Positions 41,494 through 52,197 of a stretch of 64,000 nucleotides of DNA are shown one piece after another. The first letter of the stretch is position 1; the number at the start of each line of letters is the position of its first letter. Source of the DNA: Saccostrea echinata. Its lineage: Eukaryota. The notes below the pieces were generated by a model that was given only the letters and a program-made list of their open reading frames with translations, ran no database searches and had not been told where the DNA came from. Location: assembly GCF_033153115.1 (NCBI RefSeq), contig NW_026889758.1, positions 42,904,001 to 42,968,000 on the forward strand. The letters are read 5' to 3'. The translations under genes were made by a program, and so were the position numbers.

Positions 41494-44400
41494 TTATTTA
41501 GACATATTCTCAAGAACATCCAACAGTGAAAGGAATAAGTCAACGTATTTGTCTTCTGCTCTCTGAAAAGCAGAACATTTTGTTATAAGTATGGTTGAAA
41601 CTGTATAAAAGAGAGAACTTGTCAAGTACATGTTTTCAAATTTAATTTTGATTTTAAAAAAACCGCTTACCTTGACCACACCTTGAAAAATTAAAATAAC
41701 TCATTCAGTTTGGACAGAAATAGTATCGATCAAATGAAAGTGCACTTATGCATCGCATTGTTTTTTTTTTTTTTTTTTTTTTTTTTTTCAAAATTTAGTA
41801 TCAGGTCATGCATGGTGAAAATTTTTGATCTTAATAAATCTTGCATTTCTGCTCAGAATAGATGTGTTTTAGGGGAATATCATAAAATATATTTCAAATC
41901 TCTTCAATTTGCTTCCCATCCACCCAAGGAAAAAAGCGGTAAAATTACCTTTAAGGACATTGGCAAGGTTCCTGGTTATTGTATAGAATTTTTCAAGAAC
42001 TTTCGAGTAGGTTTAAATGTACTAAATAGGCTATATTCTGGATCGTTTTACCTACCAATCCAGCATTCTTTTTTAGATTTTGTCAAATTAGTGTTTTTAC
42101 AATTCTTAGTGCATTTCCTATGTAAAATGTTGATAAAAGGGACCTACATAATTTTTCACCATAATATTTCTTTAAAACACATTTATTTCATACAGTTTTT
42201 GTATTATAGACATTATTGTAACTTCATTTCCTATGACTTCTAGATATTTTGGTTGAAAATGTATATGTAGATACAAGACATGGATATCCCGGCACCGATC
42301 ATCATTTTTGAGTTGCGTCCCTTAACAGCTAAAATTGGTCAAGAGACTGGTTGATTGTTTTTATCATGTAATTGACTGAATTGATTGAAACACATTGTCA
42401 TAAAAATATTGGCATGGATTTATCTTTAACTTTTATTCGTAATTACTAAATGCTGATTCCTTCACACGACCTAAGAACTGTTCTCAGTCGGCATGGTCGA
42501 CCTACCTGTCAGCATATGTCACATCTTTGCCCTTCCCAGCATACTGAGCATAACTATGGTAAATGACGACCTTTTTGCTCTTTGTCCCTGAATACAATGT
42601 ACAACAAAGCCATTACTACTTTTCTTTCTTGCTGTATAGATGATTCTACCCGTTGAAGGAAGTACACGTGCTTTTGTTTACCTCTATAACATACGCTTTA
42701 TTGGTTTTCACCGCTTAGAGAATTCTACACGGGAGATCACTCTCAATCACTATTTTACAAGTGAAAAAACCCATGTATTAAACCTTTTTTCTCCGGAAAA
42801 CCCTGACTTGCCAATGTCCTTAAATGCACGTTTTCCTACGGAAAAATTAAAAATGAAAACAATTGCATTTTCGAACAAAATTTAAAAGGAATAAAAAAAT
42901 TAAAATTAATAAATAAAGGAAAAAACTTACCTAGCATCGAGAACTGATTTGACTGGGTCCCGGTTAATCCTCCTCCTGTACAGAAAAAGTCATAAAGGTT
43001 AGTAGGTTACTTATTACCATATTAATCAGTTTTCTCTAATTAAAAATATTTTGTGTCCCCCCGAGCACTCCCTTGTCTCAAACACAGGGATAAACTGTAA
43101 TAATAAAAAGCTCCAGTATGACATAGTAAAAAGTATTCTTCCACTGTGCTGGCATTTCTAGGGATATAGAGAAATGACCCCTACCAAGAGATTTCTGTCC
43201 ATCTGCGGGTAGAAGATTGTATTCATTATTAAAAAAATCATTTTAGTGTACAGATTTCGGGTTGTTTTCCTTTAAATTCCATGGTTACTCAAAAAAAAAA
43301 AAAACTTCTGGGCTACGATAACCAATGACATCAATCTGTATTTTTTTAAACACCTTAAAAACAACGATAAAACGGATGTACTTTTTCCACTCAATAGATA
43401 TGACTAAATTCACTCAAATAAAACGACACATGCACCTCTCTAGATGATAAAGAAAGAACAATAATATTACCATTCATAAATCCTTTCGGATCCACGAGAT
43501 TGGTACCTCCAGAAAACTTAGAAATGGCCCCGCCACCTAATAGCATCAAAGTAAACTTGGATAAAAAGCTGATGATTGAACTTTGATAAGCACACTGCAA
43601 ATGCCAGCATATCTTTGCCTGCTTTTAATAATCTTCAGAATAACTCCAATGAAGCGATATAAGTTACAAAGTTTTTTTTAAAGCATTTTCTCTGGAAAGC
43701 CAAAGATTCGAAATTCCAACTCTCTAATTCCTTAAGTTTGAAGTTTGTTGGATTTTATATTAAGCAAACTGTGATAATGCATTTTAATTTTTGATACTGA
43801 ACCCTTTAGTTTTCCATAGCTTCAGGTTGCGATGAATGAATTTTTTTTATATATTGATGCATGTAACGAGTCATTTCTTTACACCCAATACTTGATAACA
43901 CAGACCGTTTGAAACACAATGCAAAGCAGGTTATTTTTTTTTAGGTTAATGATACAATGGAAATAAAGCAAAAGCATCGATTCTAATTTCTATGAGAAGA
44001 TTTGAGAATTCAAGTCACATTACCAGACATTGCCCCCATTGGATCCAGGGGATTTCCGCCTGGTGGAAGTCCACCAGGCATCATGGGATTAGAAGCGGAC
44101 CCAGAGCTACCACCTGTTAAGTGAAACACGTGGTCAAGATATACATGTAAATATTTCATGTCGTTTTATTTTGTTGGTTTTTATTTTGTTGTGTTTTGTT
44201 TTTTTTTTTTTTTTTTGCATGATGAAAATTTTATGTCACCCGAATTGACTGTTCGTCCTGTTGCAGATGATACCATTGTATTCATCATATTCATTGGACC
44301 AGATGTTCCTCCAGCGCCACCAGATGATCCACTCATCATTGATCCCATCGGATTAAATATGTTTGCACCACCACCGCCACCACTACTAGACCCACCGTTG

Positions 44401-46605
44401 ACCTGACTTGCCCCTCCCATCATTCCAGGAGCTCCACCCATTAATGAATTAGCATCCATTTTATTTGCGTCACCACCTCCAGCGCCTGATGTTAGATGTC
44501 ATACTATACATTCAGAGACAATATTTTTGTTTCGTTTGTAGTGTTCAAAAGTATATGGATCTTACGTACTTACCCCCAAACATGTTCAAACTAGCACCTT
44601 GTACTGCCATTTGTGTGTTAACTGCACCGGGATCAAACGTGCCACCAGTTGCTAAAACATAGCAAAATCATGATATATGTATCCACACAGAAATCAAAAG
44701 ATGATGTGATTATTGTAAGAACACATACAGATAAACTGTATACATACAACCGGCCTGGGGTCCCATAAAGTTTTGTACCTTTCCTGTAAAAAAGAAGTTT
44801 TACATTTTTCAGACTGAATGGAACATCGATAATTACAAATAGTTGGAGAAGAGAGGATTTACAAGGTATCTCTATTCCAACAAATTACACACTAATACGG
44901 TCAAAAATATAGAAATGTTCAATGTATTTCGAAATATCCAAGATTTTTTTTTAATTTAATAACTGTTCTATAAACAAAGGTGAGAGAATCGATATTTCCA
45001 ACACACCTAAAACTGGGCTTAAGGGATTGAATCCAGACTGAGTTGTTTCGACATTAGTTTTAATAGGATCAAAAGATCCGGCTGTCGAACTCCCACTGGA
45101 ACTTTGTGATGTCCCGCTGCCAGAGCTACTCCCGGACATCGGAGTTCCAAATGCCGAAGCACCTGAACTGCTGCCTCCGCTTGAAGACCCGGATTGTGTG
45201 TTTGTAGGACTTCCAAAAGAATTTGCTCCTCCTTGGGAACTACTCCCTGATGCACTTGGACTTCCAAATGAAGAAGCACTACTGCTTAAAGAAGTGCCTG
45301 ATCCAGTTCCGGATGAACTTCCAAAGGAGGACGCACTTCCACTTCCAGGTGAATTGCTTCCAGTGGTACTGCTTCCTGAGCCAGTTGAACTTCCAAAAGA
45401 TGAGGCGCCACCACTACTTGTACCACTTTGTGCCATGGTGCCTCCACCTCCCGATTGCTGTGTCATGCCATTCCCACTTGGCATCGAACCTCCCCCCATC
45501 GACTGCTGCTGAGCGTTCATGCCCATTCCGTTGGTGAAAGTTGGGGCGTTGCCTCCTGTCCCCTGTCCGGAGTTGGCTGCATTTGGATCATACCCACCTG
45601 CCATATTTACTGCAGCGTTATTAGGATTATAATTTGGAATAAGTGATGATGATGCTCCTCCCTGCCCTCCTCCCATTTGTGACATAGGGTTTGTGAACTG
45701 AGAACCACCTTGCTGATTTGGATTAAAATTACCACCAAATGCTGAAGCTCCGGTTCCTGAACTGCTTGTTCCACTGCTACTTCCAGACTGAGTTCCCCCC
45801 GATGTTCCACTTCCTCCACCACCCATCATTTGATTTGGGTTAAATCCGCCACCCATTCCACTGGTCTGGGATCCAGTAGAGCTACTTAGCTGATTGTTGA
45901 ACTGAGCTCCACCTTGTTGGTTTGGATTAAAATTACCACCAAATGCTGAAGTTCCGGTTCCTGAACTGCTTGTTCCACCGCTACTTCCAGACTGAGTTCC
46001 GCTAGAGCTAGATTGTTGTGTGGATGTTCCACTACCCATCATCTGATTTGGATTAAATCCGCCTCCCATCCCACTGGTCTGGGATCCAGAAGAGCTGCTT
46101 AACTGGCTGTTCAGTTTTGTAGCATCAAACGTTGCCATAGTGCCTGATGACTGAGACGAAGTCTGTCCACTAGATTGTGAACCAGGATTAAACATATTCA
46201 TTCCGCTTCCCATGCTGCTCATCATTTGGTTAGGATTGAAGGAACCCATGTACTGGGAATTGCTGGAGGTGGAACTGGAAGAGGAAGTTCCTCCGAACAT
46301 CATGGCGTTAGGATTATATGTTTGTCTTCTTTGGACCGATCCAGCTTTATTGATAATATAAAAAATGATTTAAATCAAATTTTAAGTAGATCTGAGTATT
46401 CAATTCATGTACACCTACAAAGAATCATTCAAGAAACATTTTTAAAATAGTCAGCTTTATTGCTCTTATGCTGTCAAAATTGTTAAAAAGTTGCAAGATA
46501 CACTTTACACTTACCAGAAAGAAGTTTCTGAAATTCCAAAACATACCGAATAGGTTCGGCTGCTACAGAATATATCAGAGTTAATAAAAGGACTTTTGGC
46601 AGCAT
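41494..46605 (-). CDS. Cluster gene B: uncharacterised secreted Gly/Ser/Met/Asn-rich low-complexity protein (~690 aa)
   Basis: Exons 46605-46515 (signal MLPKVLLLTLIYSVAA), 46344-45007, 44783-44748 (or 44751), 44651-44574, 44485-44240, 44113-44024, 43536-43471, 42975-42931, [split 18-nt micro-exon 42835.../...41949], 41681-41671, 41562-41494. The frame ends VVKR-AEDKYVDLFLSLLDVLENMSK*, and AATAAA follows at ~41471-41466. The 3' micro-exons are less certain. Confidence 0.8.
41955..42819. mobile_element. TTAA-flanked non-autonomous DNA transposon (Kolobok-like ends) inside gene B
   Basis: Perfect 13-bp TIR GGACATTGGCAAG / CTTGCCAATGTCC, with TTAA at 41951-41954 and 42820-42823. Purine-purine termini with a TTAA target fit Kolobok rather than piggyBac. 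Confidence 0.8.
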
Positions 46606-48338
46606 TTTTATTCTGTAATTTTAGGCTGGAGGCCAAGATCAACAACTACAATATCATGGTAACGTTGTAGATAAGGCATGTTATGAAATGGATCCTTCAT
46701 TTTATTATGAATATCCAATTTCGAACTCGTTTTCTAAAAAAAAAATATTAATTTTGATAATTTGTTTGTTCCTATCAAGATTTGATAGGGCTTGTTTTAA
46801 TATTCAAAATTGTACATGTATAACGTTTACATGATAAACAGGGGTTTAATGGAGGGAAGGTAGTGTACTCATTTTTCAGAAATGTCAGATTTTTCCAAAT
46901 TCTTGTAAGATTTATGAAAATTGTACCTTCCATCCTCTTCATCCACCACCACTAACACAAAGACTTAAATCCAGTCTCTTTGCTTTGGAAATCAATCTTC
47001 TACTCTTACGGTACATAGAATTATTACCATTTCTCCATTTGAATGAAAAATACGATTAACCGAACCTTTACCTTTGTCTTTAGACCTCAAGGACCGAAAA
47101 CATTACTGAAAAGAATTATAAAATCTGAAATTTCCCCAAACTATTAAGGCTGATGGAAAATAATTGAATTCGAGACTATTTGTTGTTTTTTTTCATGCAA
47201 AGCGTTCAGCAGCCAAAAATAGCGGTTAAGCCACATGGGACGATAAAGGTAACTCTTGACCTGTTGTATCCTTTGTATAACAGAATAAAACTGCTCTTAT
47301 TTTATTAAATCTCAATTCAATTAAATAAAAAACAATACTCCAATTTTAATTTCTTTAGAAACAGAGACACTTAAAATTTATTTATTTAAGGTCATGACAT
47401 TTAATGTAATATGGAAAAAAAATTGTCATGCACGTTCCTATCGTTTGTAAAGGTCATATTGGTGTGGAATGAGCATGCACCGATTTTATTCCATTATCAG
47501 AAAGTGAGCAGTCAGTAGCAGGTAAAGAATTTGACATGTTATAGTACATTCCACAGATAACAGTGTAGTGGTTCCATTATGAAAATAAACTCTTTCTGAG
47601 ACTTTTCATGTACCTTGACACATGACACACTTGTCATAGTAGAGTGATTGTGAGAACCTAAATCATGTAATGTGCCTTATCTATTGTACATTATTCCCAT
47701 TATCACGCCTTTATCAGTGTCAAGGACAAATCTATGTGAATTAATATCTTACCAAATGAAATTGCAATGCATTATACTTGATGCAGTTTAAAGTTGTATG
47801 GATATAATATACTTTTATTTGACGTCTTAGTCAGAAGTCAATTTTCGCTGATAGTATTTTAAGTTTTAGTCATAACGAAAATATTATGATTATAGCTGAT
47901 AGACAACTTCGTAAAGCGGTACAATAGCCAAAATATACCTACTGTCACAGTAACAATGTCCCTATTATGTACAGATAAATGCTATTACAATACTACAAAT
48001 TTACAAATTTAAATATTAGATTGATTCTTATCTTATACGTTATATCCACCATACCAGAATGTTTGGTGCTCCTAGCTTCAAAATCATATCAATAAATCGA
48101 TTTGTTGCCGTCGTCGTTTTCTTATACAGATGATAAGTAAAATAAGTAATTTTAAATGGAGCAAGACTATATAATCATTAAAGAAAATGCAGAAGATTTC
48201 ATAAGTTTATTTCAATATATTTTATATAAATATATTGTGTTGATGTTTGGATTTACCTAAAAAAAAAAAACAGATCTAAACCTGGTAAAAAATTTTATTA
48301 TTAACTGACCATTTTGACAATTGAGAAACTTTCTATTC

Positions 48339-50987
48339 CTACCGTCCAAGAAGATTTTTAGGATTGAAAAAGTTAAATGACAAAGTGTTGACCGCATCAG
48401 GGTCAAATCCTCCGGATGCCGAGCCCCCCGAACCGAGCTGTGCTTTTGAAGGATCCAGAAAACTAGACTGAATTTGATTAACTTTGTTTGGATCAAAAGA
48501 AGGTAGTTGTGAACTTCCGCTGGAAGACGAGGAAGAGGAAGATGACGGAGAGGAACTTCCACCACCACCTCCACTGCTGCTTCCAGAGTTTCCTCCCATT
48601 AAAAAGTTGCTGGGATTGATAAACATGCTTGAACTCATCATCTGAGATGCCCCACCGGAAGATGAACTACTGCTTGAGCTGCCGCTAGTTGACGATCCAG
48701 ATGTTGACCCACTAGTACTTGGAGATGATGGTGATGTCTGACGTCTTCGAATATCTTAATTACAAGAACACTAGTATAAACAATAGAGAAAATCATTCAA
48801 CAAAGCAATTTAACAAGAAGTAATTCAACAATGTGACAATATGAACAAACTACTTACTTCTCTTTCCAACCTGTGCCTGGGGATTGAAGAAATTAAAGGA
48901 CATAGTGTTAAATTGGTCTGGATCAAATCCGCCAGCTGCTCCACCACTGGCTCCAAGCTTAGATTTAGATGGGTCCAGCATATTGGCCTGGATTTTGTTG
49001 ACACTGTTTGGATCAAACTTTGGCGCACTTCCGCTGCTTCCACCACTGCCACCACCACCACCACCACCACCTCCACCGCCTGACATCTGGTTGGGGTTGA
49101 AAAAGTTGAACTGCATAGTGTTGAACTGATCAGGATCAAATCCACCAGCGGCACCGTTACTGGCTCCAAGTTTAGAAGAAGAAGGGTCTAGCATGTTCGC
49201 TGTGAGTTTGTTGACACTGTTTGGATCATACTTTGGTGGACTGCTTCCACCACTGCTGCTCCCACTACTTCCACCACTACTGCTCGGGCCAGATGGAGAG
49301 CTCTGACGTTTGAAGAGACCTATAGACAAAATTTAAAATTGCTTTATAAAGTATTTTTTTATTATTATATAAGGAATATGATCTTGAAACATTGGTCTTA
49401 CTTCTTTTGCCCACTTGTGCTTGAGGATTGAAGAAATTAAAGGACATAGTATTAAACTGGTCGGGATCAAATCCTCCAGCTGCCCCGCCACTGGCTCCAA
49501 GCTTAGAGGTAGATGGATCCAGCATATTGGCCTGGATTTTGTTGACACTGTTTGGATCAAACTTTGGTGCACTTCCGCTGCTTCCACCACTGCCACCGCC
49601 ACCGCCACCACCTCCACCACCTGACATCTGGTTGGGGTTGAAAAAGTTGAATTGCATTGTGTTGAACTGATCAGGATCAAATCCACCAGCGGCACCATTA
49701 CTGGCTCCAAGTTTAGAAGAGGATGGGTCTAGCATGTTCGATGTGAGTTTGTTAACACTGTTTGGATCATACTTTGGTGGGCTGCTGCTTCCCCCTCCAC
49801 TACTACTGCTGCTACCACCACCAGAACTAGACGCTTGTCTTCTCCCTTCATAACATAACATTTAATAATCAAACATTAATAATAAGTCGTATTCTGTAAT
49901 ATTTAATATGCTTTATTGAATATCACTTTCTAATTATTACTGATACATGAAACGAAAGCCTTTTTGTCAGGCCTACTGTCAAACAAAGAATTAATATGTC
50001 ATGGTCTTACGCCTTCCGGATGGTCCTTGGTTTCCACCGCCACTCAAAAGTGCACTGGGATTAAAGAAGCTAAAAGACATGCTGTTGACTTGGTCTGGAT
50101 CAAATCCACCACCTCCACCGCCAGATTGTCCAAGCTGAAGTTTGGACGGATCTAAAAAGCTTGCTTGAATTTGGTTTACTTTATTAGGATCAAACTTTGG
50201 GATAGATGAGCTACCACTAGATGAGGGTGAAGGTGAGTTTCCACTGCTAGAGGAAGGAGATGAACTACTACTGCTGGATCCGCCACTTGACGAACTACTA
50301 GATCCTCCACTACCAGTACCTGGATTTGATGGAGAGGATCTACCAAAGAAATGAAAACACCATTATGTGATAACACATTCGATAATTGTGTTGCACCCTC
50401 TGTTTATGTTACTGCTTAAAAAACACAAGACTATAAGTTCTCCGAAACAAAATCAACATGTATAATATGAAAACAGATCTGGTAGTCTTGATTACAACGC
50501 TCATATATGTTTGTCACATATTGATACATACGCACTTGAGCCACTCATGAATTGTGAGGGATTGAGTAAAAATGATGGCGGCTGCATGTTTTGTGAAAGT
50601 TGCTGGCCAGAAGCAGAACTAGATCCACCACCGGACTGGCTAGAACCGGAACTAGATCCACTACCGGAAGTACTTCCACTACTTGTGCTTCCTGATTGTG
50701 TTTGGCGGACTGCACAAAGCAATTGTTTGAAAACATGTATTAAAGGGGAGAAAATAAGCAAACAACGAAATTAACCTTAATTGTTTAATAAGTAGTATTT
50801 AATCAATTGAATTAATATATACATTCATTAATAAAACATTGAATGAAATTTTTTTTTAGAATGATTAAATTGTATCAATTTGATTTCAATTTCTTAAATA
50901 TAGAGAATAATTATATTATCTACCTCTGAGGTCACGGCCAGCACAAGTGGTAAGTAATGCTGCCGTTAATATTAATGGCAGCCACAT
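48339..50987 (-). CDS. Cluster gene C: uncharacterised secreted Gly/Ser-rich polyprotein (~630 aa) with six copies of a ~48-aa FDPN/LDPS/FDPD/FFNP unit
   Basis: Exons 50987-50924 (signal MWLPLILTAALLTTCAG), 50709-50532, 50339-50011, 49845-49402, 49319-48858, 48754-48339. GT-AG, phases 1,2,1,1,1 consistent, 1893 nt; AATAAA near 48299. Confidence 0.9.
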
Positions 50988-51393
50988 AATTCCAGGAGAC
51001 AGACTGGTGTGTGTCTTAATTTATTTTGGTTCAGATGCCTTCCTTTTCCGTAATTATCACGTAACGATGTGATATATTTGTGTCAAACGTTTAAGGCCTG
51101 TATTTAATTAAGCGGCACTAAATCTTATCATCAGTAGCTCACGAGGTAACGATAAGAAATAGTCCTCGGAAGTTGTTGGACAGGTGAACGATATAATTCT
51201 TTAGTTTTGAACAGAAAGATTACAGCAAACATAGATGCTCTTATTCACGTATTTCTATTTTCTAGCTTGTCTTTGGTTTCAAATAAGTAAACGTAATATG
51301 CGACTCACTCGTTTATGACGAAATACTATATTTTTTATCAGTATCACTTGCAAAGGTTAGTCACACAGAAAAGAAAGTTTTTATTTTCATATA

Positions 51394-51778
51394 CCGTATA
51401 GCAAGTATTTTTAGCGGAGTGCTAACTTTGGCTTATTTTAGCGGTTTTGTAGTAAGCCGCTAAAATTTTAATCGCCAAATTTGCACTCTTCATTATCACT
51501 ACAGAAGACAAGAAAAATCACTTTTAAAAATAACTTTTAGTTTTTTTGTATAAGCAATATAACTTTCATCTGGTATTGTATTTACTCAAACTTTTGTGTA
51601 AATCGGTATTCAAACGTATATTAAACGTACTGAAACTTATCTAAAAAAAGAATTTCCTCTCTTTTGCAATGTCACGGAACTCTGTGCCCGCCAAAAAAAG
51701 TTCCGCCAAAATTATTGGCATACCTTTAAGCAGGCAAAACGCCAAATTTTACATCCGCTAAAGAAACCCGCTATACGC
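51394..51778. mobile_element. Tc1/mariner-like MITE (degenerate)
   Basis: TA|CCGTATAGCAAGTATTTTTAGCGGA versus TCCGCTAAAGAAACCCGCTATACG imperfect TIRs. Confidence 0.55.
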
Positions 51779-52197
51779 GTCTCAGTACCCTGTTAACTCA
51801 ATTGTGGTATTACATTTCCTTGAATGAGGACTGTGTCAATGATAAACTTCATTATAAGCCTCGATACACTTTTGTTCCCATGAATATAAGCATATTATCA
51901 GTAAAGAAATTCTTAAACATTATTAAAATTAAAAACTGGGGCCGCTCTTCACGAAAACTTAAATTTTACTCATTAATGTGTTGTATATATTTAGAGCACT
52001 TGAAGATTCAAAGTACAAAACAATTTTCATGTTTAAAATCAAGCTTACATAAAAATTACCTGTACAACAAGTGTAATAAATGTCCACAGTTACAAACAAA
52101 CTCAAAGTAGCATTAAATTATCGAGAATATATAATTTTTCAGTAGCTTTATTAAGGAAAAAGAACACACAGCGAATTGTTGGTCGTTAAATATCAGC

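Noticed and set aside
41710-42243. 177-aa plus-strand ORF
   Set aside because: It runs through poly-T and across a MITE boundary inside gene B, with no recognisable protein features.
44951-46303. Calling gene B an FG nucleoporin
   Set aside because: It has a signal-peptide exon and no Nup structured domain; the similarity is compositional.
48858-49845. Exons 4 and 5 of gene C as an assembly duplication
   Set aside because: They differ at many synonymous positions and in Gly-run length and have different flanking introns, so this is a real exon duplication.
45019-50774. Antisense and alternate-frame ORFs over genes B and C (Pro/Leu/Val-rich)
   Set aside because: These are shadows of stop-poor Gly/Ser codon repeats, with no independent signals.
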